DNA of 64,000 bases from Neodothiora populina (Eukaryota). Positions 37,007 to 47,823 of this stretch are shown here, in pieces. Under the pieces are notes generated by a model that did not search any database, was not told the origin of the DNA, and saw only the letters and a list, made by a program, of their open reading frames with translations. A program made the position numbers and the translations under genes. The stretch's first letter is position 1, and each line of letters begins with the position of its first letter. The stretch lies in assembly GCF_041146345.1 (NCBI RefSeq), contig NW_027191404.1, positions 1,860,001 through 1,924,000 on the forward strand, given 5' to 3'.

Positions 37007-37670
37007 ACAAGGATCTCCTTCCCCTTCAAGGCTGGGTTGGTGAGGTCGATAATGCCGGCACATATGCGATAGCAAGAGTCTAGTTTTCGGATGTCGCCGG
37101 TTTATATAACCTGCTTATCTACCATCTTATCGCTACTTTGTTAAATCCAAGACAAGTAAGTCAGTGCTGTGAAGAAAGTGACTGTGTAGATAGGATCACC
37201 TACAGATAATGCTTCTTATCCACACACACACACAGACACACACACACACATATAACAACGTCAGAAAGTTCTGCATGAGATGTGTGAAGGGAGGATTCGC
37301 AATCTCACAGGAGATGAGAATCAGAAACGGAATGCTGCTGTTGTGATAGAAGTACAGGGGACAAACATAGCATAAAAGCACCTCTAGCATAAGCCATGGA
37401 GCCACTTGATCGCTCAATCGTCCTAAGACTTTCCAATAACATTCAAGCAAGGGGATGGTGCCCCAATAAATTCTTGTGAGACATTATAGCAACAACTAAG
37501 CAAGGGCAAGTACGAGTGTAACGCGTGCACAATACATAGGCTCATGATGGCAATAATAAGGAGAGGTCGAAGCAAGATGCTATATGGTAGACACAGATAT
37601 CACAACATTTCTTCTTCAGAGCCCAGTCGATGACCAAGTAACCAATGAAAAAAAGGATGAGAAGCCCTTC

Positions 37671-37859
37671 GCATCAGCTCGAAATAGTGCAATACGAGCG
37701 ACACTGTGGTCTCAAGAGTTGAGCACAGCCCAGAGCTCCTGAAGACCTATTTCCAAAGATAGGTTTAATCAATAATTGCTTCCGTAGAAGCCTTTCAGTG
37801 ATTAAGCCGAAAAGAACAGATACTACACATGATCTAAGCCGGAAGGCAAGAGACATAGT
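37671..37859 (-). ncRNA. U2: U2 spliceosomal snRNA (~189 nt)
   Basis: TCTCTTGCCTTCCGGCTTAGATCATGTGTAGTATCTGTTCTTTTC with branch-site-pairing GTAGTA (37821-37826). Stems IIa and IIb (GCTTC-TACG-GAAGC), IIc complement TTAATC/GATTAA, stem III, and stem-loop IV with ATTGCAC. TATA box 37887-37894. Confidence 0.95.
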
Positions 37860-37968
37860 TGAGGAAGAAGGTGTGGGAGAAGGAGGTATATATACCTCTG
37901 TATATGTGCAAACACATGAGAGTGTTTGATAGCTTTGTCTGCTGACCGACAGCGCATAGGCGGGCGCT

Positions 37969-38014
37969 AGGCAGCAGTGTAGGCAGCAGTGTAGGCAGCA
38001 GTGTAGGCAGCAGT
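37969..38014. repeat. 12-bp tandem repeat (AGGCAGCAGTGT) x~3.8 upstream of U2
   Basis: Read directly from the sequence. Confidence 0.9.
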
Positions 38015-39120
38015 CATCTGATCTGATAGTGCTATACTCTGTTGTAATGAGCGAGGCAGCAACCCGCCGACTTTTGAACTTTTTATCTTTCGCAATGAAT
38101 CATTATTGACTACCTATTTATTCGCTTCTAATCCAAGCTACTCGCAAACTTTCCAGAATGCTGCGATGGAATTTAAAGCTGTGATGTGAGGGTTACATGT
38201 CGCAATCAGACACGCTGCTGCGGCGCATGAAAACTCTCACCAGCCACGAGCCTCCAGTTCAACTCTAAGATGCTCCAACCTTTTTAGGAAAGAGTACTGT
38301 GCAAATGAACATGGTATAGCAAATAATCTTCGCATTCCTACTAGATATACTCAAAGCATGCTTCATGTACGATGCATCTGTACCAAGCAAACTCAACGGT
38401 AGCTTGGGTGTGGGTCTATTACTTCATCTATACTCCATGCTCCGCAGCTCCATGCTCCAGTCATTTAGCGTCCTAATAGTCCCGCCGACGTTTGGCAACC
38501 CCAGCTACTTCTATTTGACCGCGAAGACTAAAGGAGGATGGAACGACGACCGACTTGTCGCCAAGATGCACTGTGAGAACGTCTAGATAGCACGTTTTCT
38601 TCTCCGTCGCCGCTTCAGTCAAGACAAGGGTCGCACACACCCTGTACTTGACCTCACCGTTAACATATATCCTTGTCTTGCGCTGCAAGCAAAGCAATAG
38701 TCACAGATAGCCTTTGCGAAACTCGCCTATGGGACAATTTGAATATGCACGAACGATACGGCCGTGTCCCTTTCTCGCGCATAGCCAAAAACAAAAAGAG
38801 GACAAGACACTTGCCATCGTGAACTGATGAAGAAGGGCGCTAGAAACCGCGACGCACATGATCGACACATGCAAGGCCGCTAGGCCACCTTTAAGGTACT
38901 TCCCTGTAGTGCAGTCCAGTAGACCCGCGGTACAAAAGTACAGTACAGTAATACAGTGCAGCTTTCATGCAGTGTCCGTAAGTAGGTACAGTATCTATTT
39001 GAACTTTCCTGTCCTTCCCGTCGCAGGTACAGTGCCGGCGAGTGAAAGACATGTCGCAATGTCACTTGTACTCCTCTGGACTACTTGCCATGTGCCGTCC
39101 CTACCTTATCCTTTCGAGAA

Positions 39121-39397
39121 ACTGTAGTAGTGGGCGGGAACACACTGATGCTTTTCCCAGGTCCGTGGAAGTCGGAGGCTGGTAATCGACTAGCTGTGTG
39201 AAAGTGCCGACGTTGCCTTCCTGGATCAGTCCCCCGCGGGTGTACTGTAATGGTAAAACATGCTTTTGCGGGTTGTCCTTCCGGACTTGACGTTTGCAGG
39301 GATCGGAAACCAGGAGAGTGGAGCTGATTGCTCTATTGTTGCTGAGCACGTCTTTAGTCTTAAAGCCTGAAAGACAACGATTTCACCACCTACTTTT
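39121..39397 (+). ncRNA. Structured ncRNA candidate, SRP RNA (7SL)-like
   Basis: 5' CTGTAG (UGUNR Alu-type motif), many nested helices with G-U pairs, long-range pairing of 39198-39215 with 39375-39386, and end CACCACCTAC-TTTT (Pol III terminator-like). Confidence 0.5.
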
Positions 39398-39643
39398 GTC
39401 GATTGATTGCGAGCTCAGGGGAAAGATGTAAGGGTCGGAACGTGGCATTTTTGGCTAGAGATGAATGCCCGATTTAACTCTTCGAATGCTAAATACTTGT
39501 AGAATAATCATAATGAACAAAGTGGTATCCCGCTAGAACTTCTTAATAGAGAAGACAACATAAAAAAAAAAGACAAGTAGAACAAAAGAAATTCATAGTA
39601 CATGATCACATTCATTACACAGTCGTAATCAGCTTGGACGTCA

Positions 39644-42008
39644 CTATTGTGACACCAAGAGTGAGAAGTCGACTGGGTGTCCATTCTCGTCCAGCCATGG
39701 ACCCTTTTCTTCCTCGGTAGCCCCATGGAGACCTTCCGCTCGTCGCAGGGTCTGCACATCGAGGTCGGTCACCCACCGTCTACCATCTCCACCAGGAAGA
39801 GTCACTCTGACTTCGTGGTTGGCGTCGAGCATCATGTCGTCCTTCCATAGTCTCCTCGGTCCGTCGAAGACGCACATGACACGCTTCTTCATGCGCATCT
39901 TCTCAGGCGCTGCTCCCCAGCTGACAGGGTAGTTCTTGCGTCTCTTACCTCCCTTGCCAGTCTTGTTGAGTGCGACGCCTCCTTTCGAGTGCGTCATGCC
40001 TTGGCGAGCGTTTCTATCGGATGAGTTGTGTTGGCATGGCTTCATAGGAGCACCAGGGGCGCTCTTCGATCGAGTCAGCTCTGATCCCTCTTCGTCGTCA
40101 TCATCTTCGTCCTCCTGGTCAAAGCTCATGGGTGCCGAGAGATCAAGCGCTGTTGATAACATGTGTCTCTCCATGGTCTTCTGGACGGCGTCATCATCGG
40201 CCATAGACGTGAGAAGCTGCTCGTTGATGGCTTCCGTGGGGCTTCCTTGCTGTACAACTCGCAAGACACAGTCATCAAGATGCTCGTAGAAGTCTTGAGC
40301 GTTGGCGAAGACAACACCACAAGTTGAGCATGTGCCGGGGGTCTCTCTCGTGCCATAACCTGACTTGCTCCTGCTATCACCAGGACTCTTCCTTCGTGAA
40401 TTGGGCGCTGTTTGTTCGACTCCGTGGACTGAAGTCAGGTGGCGCTTGAAGACGTCCGCTCGATTGAAGCTTTTCTCGGAGGGGCTACCACTCCCCGGGC
40501 AGAACCCGCAAACCATGGTACCTTTGTAGTGGGTCAAAGTATGTCGGTTCTTGTCGTACTTTCGGGCGAAACCCTTAATGTGATATTCGCATGATGCGAT
40601 AGGACACTTCTCGGGACGCTCATTCTTATGGGTGAGAAGGTGGGCTTTCAAGTCCTTGATATGTCTGCCACAGGTAGGGATGGGGCATATTCCCTTACCC
40701 TCCCCTGACGAATCCAATGAAGATTGGCTGACGCGTGAGTGCTGAGATCTGTTTGACCCTGTGGATGACACGGACGGACGTCTTGCGATAGGTTGCACCG
40801 GATAGGGGTTCCAGGCTGCGGGTGAAGTCGCACGATTGTTTCTCAACGGCATTGATGAGGGTCGGCCGCTACCAGGGTTCGAAATGCTGGACGGAGCGGG
40901 TGAAGGTGGGGCGAAGAAGAATGATTGATCGCATTGTAGGTTTTGAAAGTCAGGAAACTGTGCAGATTGGTACAAGTTCGGTGACGTGGGCTGTATAAGC
41001 GATGGATCTACGAGGGAGAAGACGGTCAGCGTGAACGTTACACTTTGGTGTACAATTCGAGGATAGAAATAACGGACAAGATAATTCCAATGGCGCGCCA
41101 TAAAGGCCAGAGGACTGAGAGAAGAAAGGAGAACGAGGCACAGAATCCGCTCGTGTTTTCAGAGCACGCGCAACAGGGGAAGAAGCAACAGAATTTGACG
41201 CCCTTGGTTTTGAGGCGGGAAGGAGCGGTGATTTGAAGAGTTCGTCCTCAAACCGAGAAACTGCAGATTGGCTGCAAATGGCAGACGTGTTCACCTCGCA
41301 GGTCGAATCGCGACCTTCCTCGTGGTTCACTTGGTGACTCGATCCCGCTCCAGCAAGCGCTCGTGATTGTACAGGAGAAGAACGAGTAGAGAGAACAGGT
41401 TTTGAAAAAGAATGTGCGCTAATAGTAGGAGACGATGAAATTTGTGGTGACTCACCAACACAGCCTCGATGTTTTGATGTCATAGATGAGTCGTAATCGA
41501 AGCCAGAGGATGAATATGTATCGTTCACAAAGTTTTCATGGTGCACAATACTCGGCACAGGGTTAGACATCGCATTCCACTCTCGCTGGTAATTGGCATC
41601 CAAAGAGGGAGAACCAATAGCTGAAGACATGTTGCTCTGAATCGAGGCGCCAGAGTCGGATGTGGAAGACAAGACTGGTGCGTGTGTGTCGAAGGAATTG
41701 GCTGAAGAATGAGTGGGAGAATGTGCTGGGCTGCGAAGATGCGAGATTGGCTGGACTGGTTGGACAGAAAGCTGATGATTTATGCTATCCGTGTCCAGAA
41801 CAAAGTCTTGATGTGTTTTGCCAGGATAGGCTTGATGAGCGGTGCGGTATGGATCGTATCCTGTATGCACAGGCTGAGAGTGCGGTGGGTAATTTGAGAA
41901 ATCAGAATTCGACATCCCCTGGTATGGATATGCCTGATATGTGCTGCCCTGTACTTGGGCGCCATAGGAGTAGCTGTGTTCAGTGAAGGAAGACATGTCG
42001 ATAGTCAT
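39644..42008 (-). CDS. Fungal C2H2 zinc-finger transcription factor (intron 41008-41455 or 41008-41077)
   Basis: Fingers CPIPTC..LKAHLLTH, CPIASCEYH..FARKYDKNRHTLTH and CGFC..FNRADVFKRHLTSVH. Ser-rich N-terminus spliced via GTGAGT..TAG to DPSLIQ. Confidence 0.88.
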
Positions 42009-45000
42009 CCGATTATATGGACCTTGAGTTGCCTCCTATCGAGAGTCATGCAACACTGTGAACAGTCAAAGACTTCTGAACAGTAGAGCTTTGAGGAGGC
42101 AACAGATGATAGATAAAAGAATTCCTAGATCCCGGAAAGGGACAATGGGTTCACTCGTCCAGGATCAACCATATAAGATGGATAGCGGTACCGATCAGGA
42201 AAGTAGCCGATGGAGAAGGCACTAAGGCACCGAGTGGGGAATATATGGCTTGAGTTTCGTCCTAGAAAGTCTAATTGCGCAAAGGGGAAAGCTAACTAGT
42301 CGATTAACGGATCGGCGGGTTCAGCAAACTGTGCAAGTGCGTGCTTGTTTTTTCTAGACCAACGGGTCGAGGCAAGCCTACAATGTTAGACACCAGCTGA
42401 AGGCTGTAACGGACAAAGTGAACAAGAGATCTCTGAGTCAACGAGGACCGTGGCGAGGACCAGATTAGTGCTTTCATATATAAGCTGTCAGCACACAGTG
42501 GAGTTATCTGGCGCCCCCGAGTAGCGGGATCCACACCCACGAAGCACGTCAACCAATCCGAGAAACAAAACACTAGATGGACCTGTGGACCCTGTTCCAA
42601 GGGTGTGCCCGCCCTTTGGTTCTACCCTGCGGCATGTGGCTTCACCGCTGCTGGGTTCCTGAAGGCGCAAGGTATTACCCCTGTGAGGAAGTCGCCTTGT
42701 TCCTATCTTGGGGTTGTCCGCCTTTCCACACCTGTCTAGTATGGCTCCCGTCAGAACTCGCTTATAAACGAGACGGTGTGCGCAAGGAATGTAGCGTATG
42801 CGAACATTTTCTTGCTCCGTGAGACTTGCTGGCTGTTGCACCCAATGGCAGACGCGAATAGCTAGACGCTTCCCGGCTCTCTGGTCTCGGGAACATGTCT
42901 AGCTCGCAACGTAGAGTTCGAGCTTAACCTGATTGATATTTTGACGAGAGCAATAAGAAGAGACGGCCCACAGCACTGGAGAGGCATTCGACCAATCGGG
43001 ACCGTTGGTGCTACGAGACACGCTCATCTCCGGAACGTGGCGCCCTCTGGCGAGTAGAAAGCATGGCCGCCCCGAGCAGCCAAGGAACGATGCGTGCACG
43101 AGGCCCGAAGCATGAGCTTGGGTCTCCGCATTTGGTTGTTTTGTACTAAAATAGTCGAAATCTCCCTCTACAAGGTCAGACCGGATTGGGAAGATCTGCC
43201 GGGATGTGTCGTGGAGATGAGCGACGAAAACAAGTTAAAATGCACTTCACCCTCACAGCGCATCATAGAGGCATGCACAGCAGGTAGTGGACTGGGAGAT
43301 CACTGTCCGAAGTAGGCATCGCAACGTCATGTAATTCTCAAGCGAGCGCCTCAACTCTCTTTCTGCCTTACCTGGATTTAGCGTTATGACAACAGGTAAG
43401 CACATGCAACGAACACAAGAATGTGCCCGACCTCTTTCAGTTTCGGGTTTAGCGCATGTCAAAAGCCATGCCTTACCCTTTTGCTTGTACAGTAAAGCAG
43501 GGGAAACGTCCAGAGCAGCATATCGATGTCGCTTCATACAAAGTCTACTCTGGCGAATCAGCTGCTGCACATCACCCATTGACTTTCACCTTACTGACCT
43601 CACAGCAGAATGAACGTTTGACAAACACTTTCCGAAGATGCCTGCCGACCGTTCATAGCTGGCTGAGAGACTAAATCGAGTCGCAGCGGTCTCAGCAGGC
43701 CCCACCTATAGCATAAATATATTGCTGTTCAGCTCAACTCTTTAGAGATATGGCAATACGGCACTTTCCGTCGGTCGCTCGAATTATTCAGGTACCTATA
43801 CACTTGTTGTTGGACATGTCAGGAGCCTTAGCCGTATGTCTTGGAAAGCCAAGTGTCGAGGCACGGTCGTAACACCATCACCAAGATGAGACAAACCCCA
43901 CGCTGCTCGCTCGTACCAGTGCTCTATGTACAGGTGTTGTAAGGCTATCCCCATGAAGTAATATTGGTAGCGCAGCAGAGCTTCCGAATACTAGTGGAAG
44001 TGCGAGAATAAAATCTTATTCTTGTCTTCGTACCACTTCGCTTGTCGTTGATGTTTTATGCCCCTGCTGCTCATATCTCCCATTACGCGGCCTGCGGCTT
44101 TATGGGTTGGATCACATGGACGCTGCCAGGGTCGCCCCACCACACGAAATTCTTCAACAATGATGTGGGTATAGCATGTTGTGGCCTGCCACCGCTACTC
44201 GGCTTAGGCGACAGCATGCAACTTCCATAGCACACAACGAGAGTATTGGTAGAATGAGACAATGCGCCACACCGTCCAGGTGTGGTTCTACAGCCGCATG
44301 GACATGAATCCTAGCATAGTCTCGAAGTCTTTGCGCGCCACGAAGCTGCTTCCTCAAATAACGTCCAAGATTTGTGCCAGCAGCCCGTGGTAGTGAACTC
44401 AAGCAATTTTGAAGTCAGCACTCTGCTCGAGATCTGAGATTGTTGTGCATGTGCGGAATGATACAGGGATCTAATAATGGTTCATGGCTTAGCATGCACG
44501 ATATCGCACTGGATGCATCTATCAATAGAGCTGCCATAGTTGACAGGTAGCACAGCAGAAAGTTGATGACCACGATTCACATGCTTCCAAGCATACCTTA
44601 CCTTCATGATGTGATGACTGGCATGAAAACACTGAGGATCGGTGCATGCTCGCGATCGGGCCAGAGAAGGCAAGGCAAAGTAAGGTACCTCAAGGCGATG
44701 CCTTTTCTCTCACACCCAGAGCAAGCATTGTCGGCGAAAGGTATCTCCGCGCCGATGAACGAGAGAACGATCAATGCTTCACAGCTTAGGAGCTTACCTA
44801 CTGTAAGAGGATCGGTAGCAGTGATTAGGTGAGCAGGAGATTGCTAGAGGCGCTGGAGACGCGGTGGCACGCAACGCCGCGCAGACAAACGCGACTCCAT
44901 CTTTGACATTGATTCGGCGAAAGTGCTGCTTCACTTACTCTACGTCCGATCTGCAATTTCACCACCTTTTCTCCGTCAACAATTTCCTTCTCCATCACCT

Positions 45001-45159
45001 TATCAGTCATCAGCGCCTCAGTTTCACATAATTTATCAAGCAAACACAGGCTTGTTTCCGTCTTTCACTTGCCTCGTTTCGTCAGCAGGCTCGCAACCTG
45101 CAAAGCACGTCAAGTGCGCAAGGCAGCAAGTAGAACCACTCGATATACCCAGGAACAAA

Positions 45160-47012
45160 ATGTAAGCTACTGTCCAGACGATCCACAGGTTGTCCAGCTG
45201 ATCTAATCTTTCTCGTAATAGGGAGACCTTTGATGGTGTATACCTTGATCTTTCCAAGCAGTCTGGAAAGTGTCGTTTCGCAGAGTCTGGCATGGGATGG
45301 AAACCTTCTGGTGGCGGCGACACCTTCACTCTTGACAGAGCCGAGGTACTCTCAGCACAGTGGGGAAGAGCAGCAAAGGGATACGAGGTCAAAATCCATT
45401 CGAGAAGTAAAGGAGTCATCCAGCTCGATGGCTTTCACGAAGATGTAAGCTGGTCGCAAATGTGGTTTCCGACCTCGCGCTTGGTGCTGACTTAGCCAAA
45501 GGATTATGACCGCGTTTCCAAATGCTTCAAGATCTGGTACAGCGTCAATCTCGAGCAGAAGGAGCATGCTCTCCGTGGTTGGAACTGGGGCAAGGCCGAG
45601 CTCGCCCGCGATGAGCTTGCCTTCAATGTGCGCAACCAACCTGCTTTCGAGATCCCTTACTCGGAAATCTCAAACACCAATCTGGCTGGCAAGAACGAGG
45701 TCTCTGTCGAATTTTCCTTGCCTGCAGATGGCGAAGAAACAGGCACCAACGGTGCGCTTGGAGGTGCAAGAGCCAGGGGCATGAAATCGGGAGGTGCTGT
45801 TGACCAGCTAGTAGAGATGCGCTTCTACATACCTGGTACTGTTGCACGCAAATCCGAAAAAGAGGACGAGGAAAATGGATCCGAAGTCGAGGCTGAGGAT
45901 GACTTGAATGCTGCGAGTTTGTTCTACGAGCAGCTGATGAACAGAGCCGAAATTGGCGAGGTCGCTGGAGACACGATCGCCATTTTCAAGGATGTATTGC
46001 ACCTCACTCCCCGTGGCCGTTTCGAGATCGATCTTTACGACAAGTCATTCCGTCTCCGCGGTAAGACTTATGACTACAAGATTCAATACGAATCCATCAA
46101 GAAGTTCTTCTTGCTACCAAAGCCCGACGACATGCATCAACTTATTACGATCGGTCTAGACCCGCCACTTCGCCAGGGCCAGACGAGATATCCATTCCTG
46201 GTCATGCAGTTCAAGCGCGACGAGGACATCGTCATCGATCTCAACCTGACCGAAGAAGACCTGCAGGCGAAGTACCAGGGCAAGCTCCAGTCCAGATACG
46301 AGGGCTCTATAGCGACGATCATCTCCAAGATCTTCCTAGGCTTGACCGGAAAGAAGGTCCTACAACCCGCCAAGGATTTCAACTCTCATCACCAACAGTC
46401 TGGAGTGAAGTGTTCGGTCAAGGCGAACGAGGGTCATCTCTTCTGTCTCGAGCGTGCATTCCTCTTCGTTCCTAAACCTGCCACTTACATTTCATTTGAC
46501 AACATCGCTGTCATCACCATGTCACGAATTGGTGGTGCAGTCAGCGCTTCACGAACATTCGACATCAACATTTCCCTGAAAGGTGGTGGCGAACATCAAT
46601 TCCTCAACATCAATCGCGAAGAGCAAAAGTCTTTGGAGAGTTTTTTCCAAGTCAAGGGATTGAAGACGAAGAACGAGATGGAGGACGAGGTACGTACAAG
46701 GCACCATTCAGTGCATTGCCAATCACTAACAAAGATAAGGGTCTTGTTACAAACATGCTTGATCCCGATCTTGCTTCGTCTGACGACGAAGTCGTACAAG
46801 CCGCCAGGGGCTCAGCTGACGAAGATGATGAATCCGTGGATGAAGACTTCCAGGCCGACTCCGAATCGGACGTTGCAGAAGAGTACGATAGTGAGCACGA
46901 GAGCAGTGGAGCCGGCAGTGACGATGAAATGGCGGATGCCGATGGCGATGCGGACAGTGACACCGCAGACAAGGTAGAGAGGCCGAAGAAGAAGGCCAGA
47001 ACGGGCAAGTGA
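45160..47012 (+). CDS. POB3: FACT complex subunit Pob3/SSRP1 (4 exons; ATG split by intron 45162-45221)
   Basis: METFDGVYLDLSKQSGKC, GWNWGK, EMRFYIP, LTPRGRF, LDPPLRQGQTRYP, acidic tail and PKKKARTGK NLS. Confidence 0.96.
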
Positions 47013-47823
47013 ACCTGACTAGGCGACTTGATCAAGTACAGCCGTTATTCCTCTACTGGCCATGTGCCACGGGGGCACGTGTCGTCTCGATTATCGGGGT
47101 GTCGTGGGGAGGAACTTGATGAATTATCACTTCTACGAAAGCAATTGATGGGACGACATGCGAAATACTCGTTGGCAAAGGACATGCCGCTATCTTTTGA
47201 TCTCGACCAAGCATCAGACTTTTGAATAAAAGCCCAATGATGTGAAGTGAGTCAACCTTGGGCAGGGCGCGAGTCCTTACATCGACCGAACAGTTTATTC
47301 CCTGTTGGATCGGGGCCTAACCGTCTATATCCTCGGACAGAAAAGCTTGCCCGGAAATACATAAACTCTGATCGCCCACGGGCATAGAAAATGCAGTCCA
47401 CATTTGGCGCTTTTACCAAAAGTTTAGAAGGCAGTCGTGACCGTGTAGAGCTAAGTTCATGGACTCTGTCTGTGATCTTGAAGGGGTTACTGATGGCGAA
47501 GCTACAGTCCCTTACTGTATCTTGGTTCATAAATGAATATTTTTTGCGACAATACGACTGATATACCTTGGCTTACCCCACCCACAATTACAGTAAGCTG
47601 TAGCGCGGGGTTGCTCCTACATCGGCTTGTACAGTAAAGTGTCCAAATATACTTCGCATGCCCATCAGATCCGGTACCTCAACCATGCATTTCGCAGATC
47701 GCTTGATAACCCTTACAGAGCTCGTCCCATACTAGGGTTCGACACCGTAAATGTGTCGGTCCATGTTCCATGTATGACAGTCCACATGTCGCCGGAAAGT
47801 GTTCGTAATCGATCTCCTCAAGT

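Noticed and set aside
37674..37856. 60-aa minus-strand ORF with a good TATA box and start context
   Set aside because: It coincides exactly with the U2 snRNA; the ORF is incidental.
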